Source: Ophelia neglecta (taxonomy: Eukaryota). Taken from it: a stretch of DNA of 64,000 nucleotides. The stretch spans positions 310,001 through 374,000 of the forward strand of contig CBDIWN010000008.1 in the NCBI GenBank assembly GCA_965285935.1, in the 5' to 3' direction. The notes under the pieces were generated by a model, which worked only from the letters and a program-made list of their open reading frames with translations, did not search any database and was not told the origin of the DNA. A program made the position numbers and the translations under genes. The first letter of the stretch is position 1. Every line of letters starts with the position of its first letter. Of this stretch, positions 52,801 through 64,000 are shown piece after piece.

Positions 52801-55800
52801 CAATGGTAAGCGTTGTCTCAGAGCTCTTTCAGCTGAAGAGTAATGTCTACACTATGAAAATATGTTAATGGTGGTATGTTGTTGTGGTTAGAATCTGTGC
52901 GACCAGTACCTTACATCTATTATCTGACTTTGCGCAATACATTTTAAGATCAATTGTATCTTCTTGCGATTAATAAAGCTTTTGTCATGCCCATTGTTAG
53001 CCTCTTATTTATGAATATATGTTCTATAAATATCAACAATGTAGGTTCTTAGCAGATGTTTTAACTATATGTAAAGCTTCATAGAGCAGGATTACTGAAT
53101 ATGGCGCAAAATGAAGTTCAATAAATAATTATTGATATTATTAAAGATAAGGCTTGGCTTCGAGAACCACTGATGCATAAAGTTTCCGCTGGGCGAATTT
53201 TCCAGATATCGGCTGGCATTGCCGGAATGCACTTCATAATTATATACTCACAGTGAAGTTTGTCTACTGGTGCATAGATATGATGGTTTATTGGTTTCAA
53301 AGTTTATTTTTGTTGAATTATATAATTATTCAAAAAAGCGAAAAATTCTGCCATCAGATGAGGAAGGCAGACATTGTATTAATATCGCATGGATTGAACA
53401 ACTCTACAAATATATATAGCATGCCTTGTATATATATACACAGTGCATGAGGCATCACGTAAGACATGTATTTGTTCACAGCCGTCAATTTCTTTTAAAT
53501 ATGTTTGTACCCAAATCGGATGATTTATAGTAATCTTGTAAATTATTTGTCATGATTCGCACGCTATCCGTCGGTATACTCTATTATGTTATCCACTCGG
53601 CACAGGCAACACAAACTTTAATGGAATATTTATGTTTTATTATCAGCCTACCTAAGAGAGGCTTTTATAATTTGCTAATGCGCCCCTCGTATAACTGGGC
53701 ACCCAGCCAAGGTGGCGATACTGGGATTTAAAGTCATCCTTGAGACTGTATGTGTCAATCGAAGTCGTTATATATGGTTCACAGATGGGTGTGAATTCTG
53801 AGTCACCAAATATCATGCTACCATAGTATGTACGGCGACCTTGATGGCAGGATGTACTAAAACCATCAGACACATTCAAATATGGTACATTGGTTAAGAA
53901 CAAAGAGAAACCACACTAGTTACTTCACGTTATTCGTTGGTTCATTAATACATCAATAATCTCTTTGTATCTTCTGCGTCAACATACAATATTTCGTTAC
54001 ACGGTAAGGTTCACGACAAAAAATATATGCAAATTTCTAAACATTAACGATAATACAAACTTATTGTTTAATCGAACTAGAATTCCCCATATAAAGCCTC
54101 ACAAATTTGACATACATTTGAAGTAATAAATCTAAAATCGCTATATTTCATGCAGCTTCGGCCATGACACTTGTTTACGATAAACGTGTTTACAGAGGGC
54201 GCTACATACAAGGTAAATAGTTCAAACTGACAAATGGACTTTTGCTACTACGTCCAACAACATTACTGCTTTTCCAGGTACAATAAGTCAGTATGAGCCG
54301 CTAAAGTAGGCATTTGAGTAAATATATATAGTGTCTTGAAATAATATGTAGTTGGTTTAGAATTGTCTTGAAAATATTGTTGCCTTCATAGCCAGAAGCA
54401 TAAGACATATACTGAGTCAAATACTTTTTGATATAGCGTTTATTTCTACTAAAACTACTGTACATGGTCAAAAAATGTGATTGTAACAGTTCACTGACAT
54501 ATTAAAAACACAGGACCCAAAAAGTTAATTGATTTGCGAATTTACTGTCGAATATATTCTCTTTTAAGAAGCTGATCCAATACGTTTCATCTCTACTATG
54601 GAGATGGACGAATACACTAGATATAATAAACTGCCCAGCACACTTAGTTAAAGAAATCTTATAATCAACTGAGGGAAACAATAACATTAATCCTGGAACG
54701 CTGGCGTTTGTCTCTTAACTGAAAATAACGACGGAGCGAAGATAACAACATTTGGAAAAACGATTTATTTTTACAATTCTTGCCCTTACCAAAACTGGGT
54801 ATACGATTATATAACTACTTATATCTATCAAATTTAAAGCATTTACATATTATTATTATTGTTATTATAAATTTAGCAATGTATTTATTTTCATATAAAA
54901 TCCCTTTCTAGCGAGAAGATACATCGATCAGCTTGTATGCGTGGAGAGAAGCAAACACATTTGAGGCTAAATACTATGATTGTAACAAATACGGACCGTA
55001 ACATACACAAATATTGTGGAACATATATTATTGAGAAACCAGTAAAAAGTAAATATTAGATTACAATGATCATCGATGGATTAGGCATAGGGTTTTAACA
55101 ATAAACCAGAGAACACAAGCGTGATAATAAATATACAAGCTTCCAAAGCCTCCCATCCCTCTTAAATTGTTTATTATATTAATAAATCTCAATTTCTCAA
55201 ATAATCGGTATGCAATATGTCTTGCCTCAAGATAATTTTTCAGAAATAAACACATCAAAATAAGTGATTATTTCGCATTTATTTGCAAGTTTGCTTCCAT
55301 TGCCTCCCATCCCTCGCCAATCCTCTATTATAGTGCTTCCAAAAAATTACTTTTGGATTTTGAAAGTGTATTTGGAAGAATGGGCTTGTTGGAAACCCAC
55401 TCAATCACAAACATAAGGAGACAAACTGTTATATTTTCCTGACAATATATACATACATGTGTTCAAAAAGTACCTGAGTTCGGTCTTTCTAAGGCCAAAA
55501 TGTCACCGGGTACTACTGTTTATATAAAATATTTGCCTGAAATTTAGAAACACTAAACCATGTACAAATATAAGCATGAATATACTTTTTGACCGAAATA
55601 AACCAATCGCTTTGCACACAGTATTATATGTAGTACGGTATAAAATGGTTATTTTAGAGCCTTCATGACATTGGCCAATCATTCACATTAACTATCAAAT
55701 AATATCAATGCATATTTATAGGAATAAAGATATCTAATCAAATCAGCCAGGTTACAAGTAAAAGCAAGATATAGTGCTATATTACAGTTTATGTCTGAAC

Positions 55801-55849
55801 GCAAGGGCTTCATGGTTATAATCGCAAAGGAAGTTAGTACGGCAGGTAA

Positions 55850-58800
55850 CTACTTAAAGTTTCCATACTGCTCGTTCCTTGTAATATACTCCATTGCAAT
55901 ACAATGTAAGAAACGATATTGATCCTGTTAAGAAATGAAAACATTCACTTTGACTTTAACTTTATCTTTGAATACGTGCATAAGATAACTGATTAATAAA
56001 TAGCCCACCTTCTTTGTACATTTACATTGATGAAAATAAACCGACATTTTAATATTGTAGATTAGTGTACTAATGATACAAAAGAAATGTCCGTCACATT
56101 TACGAAAACTCTTACCGTCAATGCACATATTAGTAATAGTACTTACCAAAGTGTTGACAAATTGTTGTCTGTGGAGGGAAACAACTCTGACAGCAAGAAA
56201 GACGTCCACCTCGCGGTCTTCTTTCATCTTCTCTAGCATATAATGTGCTGCGCATATCATTCCACTGTGGCTGGCACCGTCTCTGTAATATACAAGTAAG
56301 TAGTGGCATGTTAATTAAGCCCGCGAGGTGCTTTAAGGTGATCAATACTTACCTCTATCGATGAGAGGTGAGATGAAAGTTTAGAGGGACATATGAAAGC
56401 GCTAACAGCTGATCAATTAAACAGCCTCCCCCCCCCCCATCACCATCACCACCAACCCCTAATTAAGCGTCAGTGTCTCACTAATAACGAACAAGCATAG
56501 TGGTATATATGCTAAAAAGTGTGGAGCATCCTTCAATAATTCATATTTTGTATGTCACTTAGATTTTACAAATTACAGCTGCCTATTTATAAATGGGTGT
56601 TTGGCAACAAACCCCTCATTGGCGCTTTATTTCAATCCTAAAGAGAAACACTTGTCTTAAGAATAACATAAAGATGATCCTAGTTTATTCATTTGTTATT
56701 TGTCTTTTCCCGTTTTATTTTTACGAAAACAGTTGACGTGTTTATAACTTACTTGCATTGGATAACAATTTTTCCAGCTTCAGATTGTCGTTGCCACTTC
56801 TGAAGGCGTTCTAACAGATTTAAAGTGTCATCCATGTCTGGCAAATTCGGGTTATCTGGCCGCTGCTTGAACAAAATATGGCGGACGCTCACTGCCTTGT
56901 TCTGGAACTAAGAATTTAACCAATAGTATTAAAATATCGTTGTTGTATTTGAGAATATACTTTCCTATACATCTATAAGTTGACATATCAACATAAATAT
57001 AATAAAATCCAGAGACTAACACTTGATGAAAAAGACACTGTGAACTTTCTCTCTTCTATGGCATCTTTCTCGTCTTCGTCTTTTGAATCGATGCACACCT
57101 CAAGATCACCAAACTTCTTAACGTCACCTTGTTGAAATTCCCAGTAATTGGGACAATCCTGATGATAGAAATTGATTATCGAAACAAGTTTGCGTATTTT
57201 GACGGACTTAAATTTGATTACCTAATTTCTGGCATTTCGTATTGCACTATTTGTTTTATTTGAACACGGCCGCCTACCTCGGAGTTAGGGGACGTTGTGT
57301 CCACAGTTATCACAGTGTGGCAGTTTTGTTCATACACCAAACGCCAGAAGTCAACAACAGTAGCAGGGAGTGGCAGCTGTGTTGCAATGAATGTCTTCTC
57401 CGCAAGAAAACTCTAATAAATGGAGTAAACGAAATGCATTCCACCAATATGTGGCTTTTAGTTCAGGAAAATACGAGAAATACAAAAGAAAGAAAAAAAT
57501 GTTATCAATTGAGCATTATCCAATAAATCACTATTAAAAGAACATGATTAATGGAAAATACGACTAGAAATATACCATGCGTTAATAATCATTCAGCAAT
57601 GTAAAAAGAAGATTAATGGTATGGGGAAAAATTTTAATGTAGGTTGTATTCATTTAAACCAATACATACGTTGACCACAACGGCATTGATATAGTCATTG
57701 GTCCCCGGACATCTTGTAGATAGATACAACCTGTGTTTATTATCTATCGAAGAAAACAAAAGAAAACAGCCGTTGAATTAATAAATCTGATTGTGCATTG
57801 GTTCCATATACAAATATCTAAGATTAGTTATATTATCATAACCCATGCAGTATCTATTATCTGAAACTATGTACCTGGCACTATATCAGCATCTCGATTC
57901 TTCCGCCTGTTTTCCTTACTCAGAGCACTAAGTTTGTCGTCTGACACCTTATGTTGTTTCATTTTGGAAAGAATCTGAAATATAAGTAAGTCATGCCATT
58001 ATTATTATCGACTCATAATGCTACAAAAGAGGAACTTATCAGATAGGCGGAATATATGGAAGCATAAACCAAACAAACTGTTCACAGTGATTCAAAATGG
58101 CTAATGCTACACTGACTTCATAATCGATACCCTCTGTTAGCAAGGTAACATAAATTGTGAGCATGCCGTTCGTTACTGTCATCATATAAGTGTCATATTG
58201 TTATAAATATAGTGTTTCTTATCGTTTCTATAAACCACATGCGATTTGAACACTTTTGTTTAGTATATGTGTGTGCATTAAAAGAAGCATGTGTTAATAT
58301 AATTGATACAAAATTACATCATTGGAATAAATTGTTTTACACAACAAATATTAATAAACTGAAATAGTTCCCATAAATTATTAATTGCTGAAATTGTGCA
58401 GCAAAACCACTATGTATAAAATGCTAACTTTAAATTGTTCTTCGATGGGTATTTCGTTGGAATATTCGTTTCCGCCGACCAGTTGTGTGTACCTCTCAGG
58501 ATACACGTTACATGGAATGGCCGTCTGTCCTTGCTGGTATGCATCTAGCAGTGCCTCGTAGATAAATATATATTGTGGCTAAAAGCAGAAGAAATATAAC
58601 TTAATATATCTATTGTGTAGGAGTCAGTGATAATAAGATAGGTAGACCAAATTGATAATGAATTATGAAATTGAATATCCTAATAAAAGAGTCCTCGCAT
58701 GGGGATTTATAATATTACTATTTTGCTTTCCTCCTAAATATATGTCAAAAGTAATGTTGAAATGTCACGAATGCACATAATTAATCAGGCGTTTAGGATA

Positions 58801-61800
58801 AGGCATGGCTAATCAACGTTTACTCGGCATATGGGTTTACAAACTCCACATCCGACTTTCCATAATCATTTGACTTTAGCTGAACACGATAATCTTTCTG
58901 GTAACAACAGTGTTCCTTTAAAAGCTTGCCATATCCTCAAAGTAGTATTATCTCAGCAGGAAGTCTTACCAATGTTTGAACCATGTCCATACGTTCATTT
59001 CTGAGCTGAGTTACCAGTTTAAAGACATCTACTTTTCCTTCTCTTTTCATTTGGTCCAGGAGATAGTCCAGCGCAATCAATGTCCCTGTACGGCCTATTC
59101 CAGCACTGGGAGGGATAAAGGAAGTATGCTCATGGTGACATTATTGTGCCTTGATAAATAAACTCGCAAAATAATGCCTTAGAACATTGTAAGCTTCAAA
59201 CATTTTATCTTACCTGCAGTGGACTATAATTGGCCCTGTTCCTTCTCCGTCAAATGATCTCAGTTTTCGCCTGAGTGCCAAAAGAGGAAATGCGTGGTCT
59301 GGGGCCTGCTTGTCTGGCCAGGAAAGGAACTGCAAGTGCTTTACTGTCCTTTGTTCATTCTACAATATGCAAAAAATAGGGTTTTCTTACTTTAAATTCT
59401 AATTGTGTTGATCAACCTCAAACGGTGACATGCTCTCGTTAAGTGGCGCTAAAAAACGAAAGCTTTCAGAAATCGGAACATATTAAGTTTTTGTTCTGAA
59501 TTTTTCCATCCAAGAAAAATTCAAGCAAAAATAATTGCAAGAGATCTGATTTTGCAATACTATATTACATAATTTAGCATAGACCAGGCTATGATAACGT
59601 GCATTCGATATAAATTCTGTCAAATGAACATCCACATAGTAATCATTTTACAAATGGAAGAAACCGCAGCTTGTTTCAACACTACCGACTGTGTCCGACT
59701 CTGACATAATACTCTCCACAACATTTTAAATATATGTATCAAAATAATGGCATAACAAATACTAATCTCTTCCGTCTTTGTCAGCGGTAACCGTTTGCAT
59801 CAAACCGTACAGGGTTATCAATATAGTGTCACTATTTTTGTTCTCGCGTGACAGAGCAATTCGTTTCCGTCACCATTAAAAAAAGTGTAATTCCGCTCGT
59901 ATCAGGATATAAAAAATCACATGCACACGATTTCCATCTCTTGCCTCATACTGGCATTTGACTGTTTGAGGGTCAAAAATACTGCAAGATTCACGCAGAA
60001 TAAATTTGTGCAAATCTTTGTCCAGTAATTGAAGTTTTTACAATTGGCAATCTGTGATCATGTTCTATAAATACAGAATTCGACCAGAAAAAAAACAGGT
60101 CATGATTTATCGACCACATTGGGTAATATAACATGATAAGATGTGTTGCACAAGCAGAAAGCAGTTATTCTCAGTACAGGCATTTCGTTTCCAGATATTT
60201 AACACAGTAAATCAAAAACGCAAACAGCATCTACCACAAGAGTAGAATGGTAGGTCATATGTGTAACAAAGAATCTGCGTGTCGATGACACAAGTCACCA
60301 AAGCCTGCCTAAGTTATCAGGTATATTTAGGAGATAAATATCGATTTGTTATACACTATAGTGATGAAGGTTTAGATGAAGAATTTGACAGTTGCTTTAC
60401 GTTGCGAAAGCTGTCATAACCAAGTGACTTTAATGTGCTGCCAACGTGCTAGAATAGGCGGTTCAACAACAAAATGCCTAGTATTGTTGTGAACTATGTG
60501 ACATGTGGTACTTTAGATGTATACAATTAGAAACGGAAATATGATAAATGCGAGTGGATATCCGGCAGGCAATGCCAAGTCCCTAGCCGAGAACAGTCCA
60601 TTAAATCGTTACGAAATCATCAGGAGCCAGTAGCCGACGTGAGGCAGCAACAATTTAAACTAAGTGACGAAGAATATTACTTCCGGACATATATAATAAG
60701 CAAAATATGCTTTACAAGACCTTCACTCATTTCTGTCTGATGTTGTTTAATAGTATAACGTGTACCAACATGCGGGTTCACAATATGGTATAACTAATAG
60801 GAAATGTTGGTCACGTGTATCTTAACTGTCGTTAAATTCTGCGATTTCTCGCAGTTATTTTTCTTCTAAGCAATACGGGCCATTCCACAATGCATAGAAG
60901 AATGAATATTTTCCTTTCACTTAGGGCCAAGTTAATCATATGAAATTTAAGATAACTGTAAAGAAAATCATACCCCTTTCTTTATGGTGATGAGTGTCAG
61001 AGTGTAGTCGGCATATGAATCACAGGCCGTGGTAGTCACTGTAATATCATCATAGGTTACGACCTCTCCAACTGCCTCGGGCCAATACTGGGCACACTTT
61101 GTCTGTTTTGAATAAAACTAATGTCAGTTGCCAATGCTTAAGTAAACACGGTCTAATGATATTAAATACGTCACAAAAATACAAAACAAAAATACAATTC
61201 AACAATACATTTTATTTTGTTCACACTGACAAACCTTGGTGAGCTCTTTAATTCGTGTTGCCATAACAATACGATTTGACTTTAACTGCCAGACCATCGA
61301 CCACAATGCGTTCACTGTGTGCGGCTTGGGTCCTGAAATAAAAAGAAAAGAATAATCTAACTTAGTTGCTATTTGGAATTTGAACGATATTATTATTAGT
61401 ACTAGTGGTATATTTTGATGAGTTTTTAGCTTTTAGAAAATGTTTCAAAGTAATAATAATTTCTAATTATAAACACACCTATATTTTCGTGAAATTGCAA
61501 TCGTGTTATGTGACATATATATGTCCGAATACTTATATGAGTTTGTTCGAGATTTGTTCACTCACCTTGTGTGGCCACGTAATGGTTTTTCTTATTAGGA
61601 TAACCCTAAAAAAGATACGTACCTTCGACTGTGCTTTAGTTTATAAATGACTTTACAGTTTGAGATATATACCAAACTTCAGTAAAACTGTTTCAATATA
61701 GTAATCGTGTTTACCGTTATGAAGCTGGCGTTGATGTAGTCAGAGTTATCAATAGTAGTTTCCAGAGCCACTCGAGAATAGTCGTCTATAAAAATGTAAC

Positions 61801-63745
61801 TCATCGTGTAATATATGAATAAAATACTTTAAATCATTAAGTTTTAGCAAGCTAGAGACTTTCGCAAACTTGCATGTTATCGCAAAAATATCAACTAGCA
61901 AAAATTTCCTGTTGGTGATTCCGTCACGCAACCCTTCTTTTAAGCAGTAATCAGGCTCTATCGTCATCGTCGCTCAGCCAGGTGGACAATGCAGGGTGAA
62001 ATATGACTGTGGAAATTTTCTGGTTCCCTAAGATACCTTGTTCCTCAGTATACTTTGACTGTCATTGAGTACATTTTACCATTTTTCGTTGTCAAACTTT
62101 GAAATATGAAGGTTATCAAAGAAAACATACAGGCCCTGATATTCTTAAAGCGATCCCTAGCTATGTTTTGTTTCTGCTTGGCCACGTCACATGAACTCAG
62201 TTCTCCATTAGGCACGTCCTAAAACAGCAGATTAAGTAATTAATGGAAAAAAGCATGAAAAGAAAGATGAAAACAGAAGGACAAACATCCGTATGATAAA
62301 TGAGAGAACACAAATCATATATCATAGCATCGATGCAAAATTAGGTAGCTGGAAAGAACCAATATGTTTTTTAATTCAGACCATCCAACTTTAAGATATC
62401 ACACTCGCTGAATGTCTTAAAATGAAGGTTAAGAATATTGGAACATTATTTTATTTTAGTTTCAAATATTGCCCAGTAATTAATAAAGATCTATTTTCGT
62501 GGCTAAGCTTGGTTTCTTTTCTGCCGCTAACATATATATAACAAATGACCAGTTATTGAAACCCGCAGTGTATATACAATGAATGTTTTGGGTAATAGTG
62601 CGTATGCATGAAACATTTGTCCTTCATTACGCATGTGTGACCCAATGAGTCAATGCCACAACAGTGGTAGTCTAAAAACTGCAGTGGGATAAGACACCAA
62701 GATATGAAAGCTTACATGGTGGATCAACCGATGTCATGAACTGTTTGAAGTTTAATTACCAGATAAAAACATTAATAGATACATCAATACCAAACGATAC
62801 ACGTAAAGGACGCATAATTTACTCAATGTTTTAATTGGAAACTAAAAGGAGCATAACTCCTGGCCGTTGACAATGGTTGCCTAGATTGAGGGCGCGGTTT
62901 TCATTTTCAAAATGCTACTTACTTCAAATTCCTTTTTCAAACCATCCTTAGTGTATTTCCGTGCCCCAATATATACTTCTAGATCATCTTCTTTGACGCA
63001 AGTTCCTTCTTCAAGACGTTTTGTAGCCGGGAAGTCATAGTATATCGTATTAGGGTTCTCATCTACGTTACCTCCAAAGCATGGATTGTCTACTTCCTCC
63101 ACAACTTTCGTTTCGGCGAGTTCATTATCAGGTCCTTTGGAATGGTAAAAAAGAACATTAGTCGCATACTGTCCATAGCACCTGACATGCTTTCTAAAAA
63201 TGACACTATACAGCGAAGCGAGTGTTAACATAAATTGATTTCATATGAAAAAACGAGAGTAGGTACCCGGCACACAAACAATATCATTTATCAAGAAAAG
63301 TCAATTAATTTGGCCCGATACAATCAGGAACCGAAAGCCATAGGCCTGGAATTACTTACCGGAAGGCCTTCTAAATGACGAATAGCTTCTTCCCTTTGGA
63401 GGTATCTCCTCCATTTTAGCATTAGCATTATCTTTCGCTTTCGTGCGTCGTTTCCTATTATGAATTTTCAAACACACCGTTTTGATTGGGTAATGTAAAT
63501 AGCGCTCGTAAGGGTTTTTATTACTCATTAGTGATTACGAAGCACTCTCAGTGTCGATGCTTTCTAACATCATTATGGGATATAATGCGTCTGAGAAACA
63601 ACGTACGGGGTGATAATTTCTTAATTCACCAACCTGAGAAAAACGACAAGAATTACCACCAGGATGGCTATAGTCAGGAACGCTGCTATTGATCCGGTAA
63701 TAGGTCCGACCAGGCTTAACGAAGCTGGGGGATCGACACTAGGTT
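55850..63745 (-). CDS. Gene C (5'-partial): paralogous receptor-type tyrosine-protein phosphatase, TM through D2
   Basis: Exons 63745-63634 (TM), 63454-63360, 63134-62923, 62218-62131, 61785-61715, 61605-61566, 61332-61235, 61102-60974, 59359-59214, 59105-58970, 58578-58429, 57974-57875, 57743-57670, 57412-57278, 57158-57021, 56901-56753, 56282-56147, 55924-55850. Every exon length equals gene B's. [13 protein letters not shown] and YGNFK* are retained. Not every codon was checked. The ectodomain lies beyond the window. Confidence 0.92.
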
Positions 63746-64000
63746 CTGAAGGATTGCACAATTACGTGAAATGGTGATTGGTTAAGCAGCTGTAATCATG
63801 TTGTTTGCATCTGAAGCACAATGCATAGGTAGTATAAACATCGGCATATAAAGGCAATGTCAACTGCTTTGCGGCACACGAATTCAACGGTTACAAGTTA
63901 ATAAAAACTTCAGTTGTTGTAGTAAATATTATTTGTGACGACAACAAATATGAAATTACATGTGAAAAGGCAATATTATCGACATTTTTTTTATATTGAC

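Larger units (their letters stand above)
24640..64000. repeat. ~24.5-kb tandem segmental duplication (unit 1 ~24640-49315; unit 2 ~49315 to beyond the window)
   Basis: Collinear homology: 24766/49437 (signal exon), 29250/53652, 31413/55850 (stop), 34794/59214 and 39408/63634 (TM exon). It includes introns and intergenic DNA, with unit-specific indels. Confidence 0.93.

Noticed and set aside
31413-63745. Assigning a vertebrate gene symbol (PTPRA, PTPRK, MEGF10 etc.)
   Set aside because: The lectin-EGF-FN3-PTP architecture has no one-to-one vertebrate ortholog that I recognise. These look like lineage-specific paralogs.

Overview
AT-rich, intron-containing animal DNA. The protein families and repeats suggest a lophotrochozoan such as a mollusc, but that is inference. 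Most of the six-frame ORF track is noise. By hand-splicing GT-AG exons on the minus strand I find a head-to-tail tandem array of paralogous single-pass receptors. The two ectodomains visible here (genes A and B) share one cassette: signal peptide, Cys-rich/EGF exon, F-type (fucolectin, F5/8C-like) lectin domain, MEGF-type EGF repeats and FN3. Gene B (49509..31413, 25 coding exons, 1303 aa) is an intact receptor tyrosine phosphatase with an active-looking D1 and a pseudo-phosphatase D2. Gene C (3' half, 63745..55850) is a close copy of B in a ~24.5-kb tandem duplication. Gene A (12531..3927) has the same ectodomain joined to a different TM exon and a short tail with NPxY, YxxL and YxxI motifs and no phosphatase. 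It also carries a 191-nt frameshifting deletion in its EGF exon. A fourth paralog probably begins at 305 and runs off the left edge. An orphan signal-peptide exon lies at 24838..24766. Lectin differences between A and B cluster in short patches that probably correspond to loops. The best candidate for a novel system is a diversifying paired-receptor locus: phosphatase-tailed versus tyrosine-motif-tailed lectin receptors. Non-genic content includes a 28-bp G-rich satellite inside a near-identical 3.3-kb tandem duplication, a Mutator-like TIR element with a 9-bp TSD, decayed L1/Tx1 and L2/CR1 RT fragments, and MITE-like inserts.
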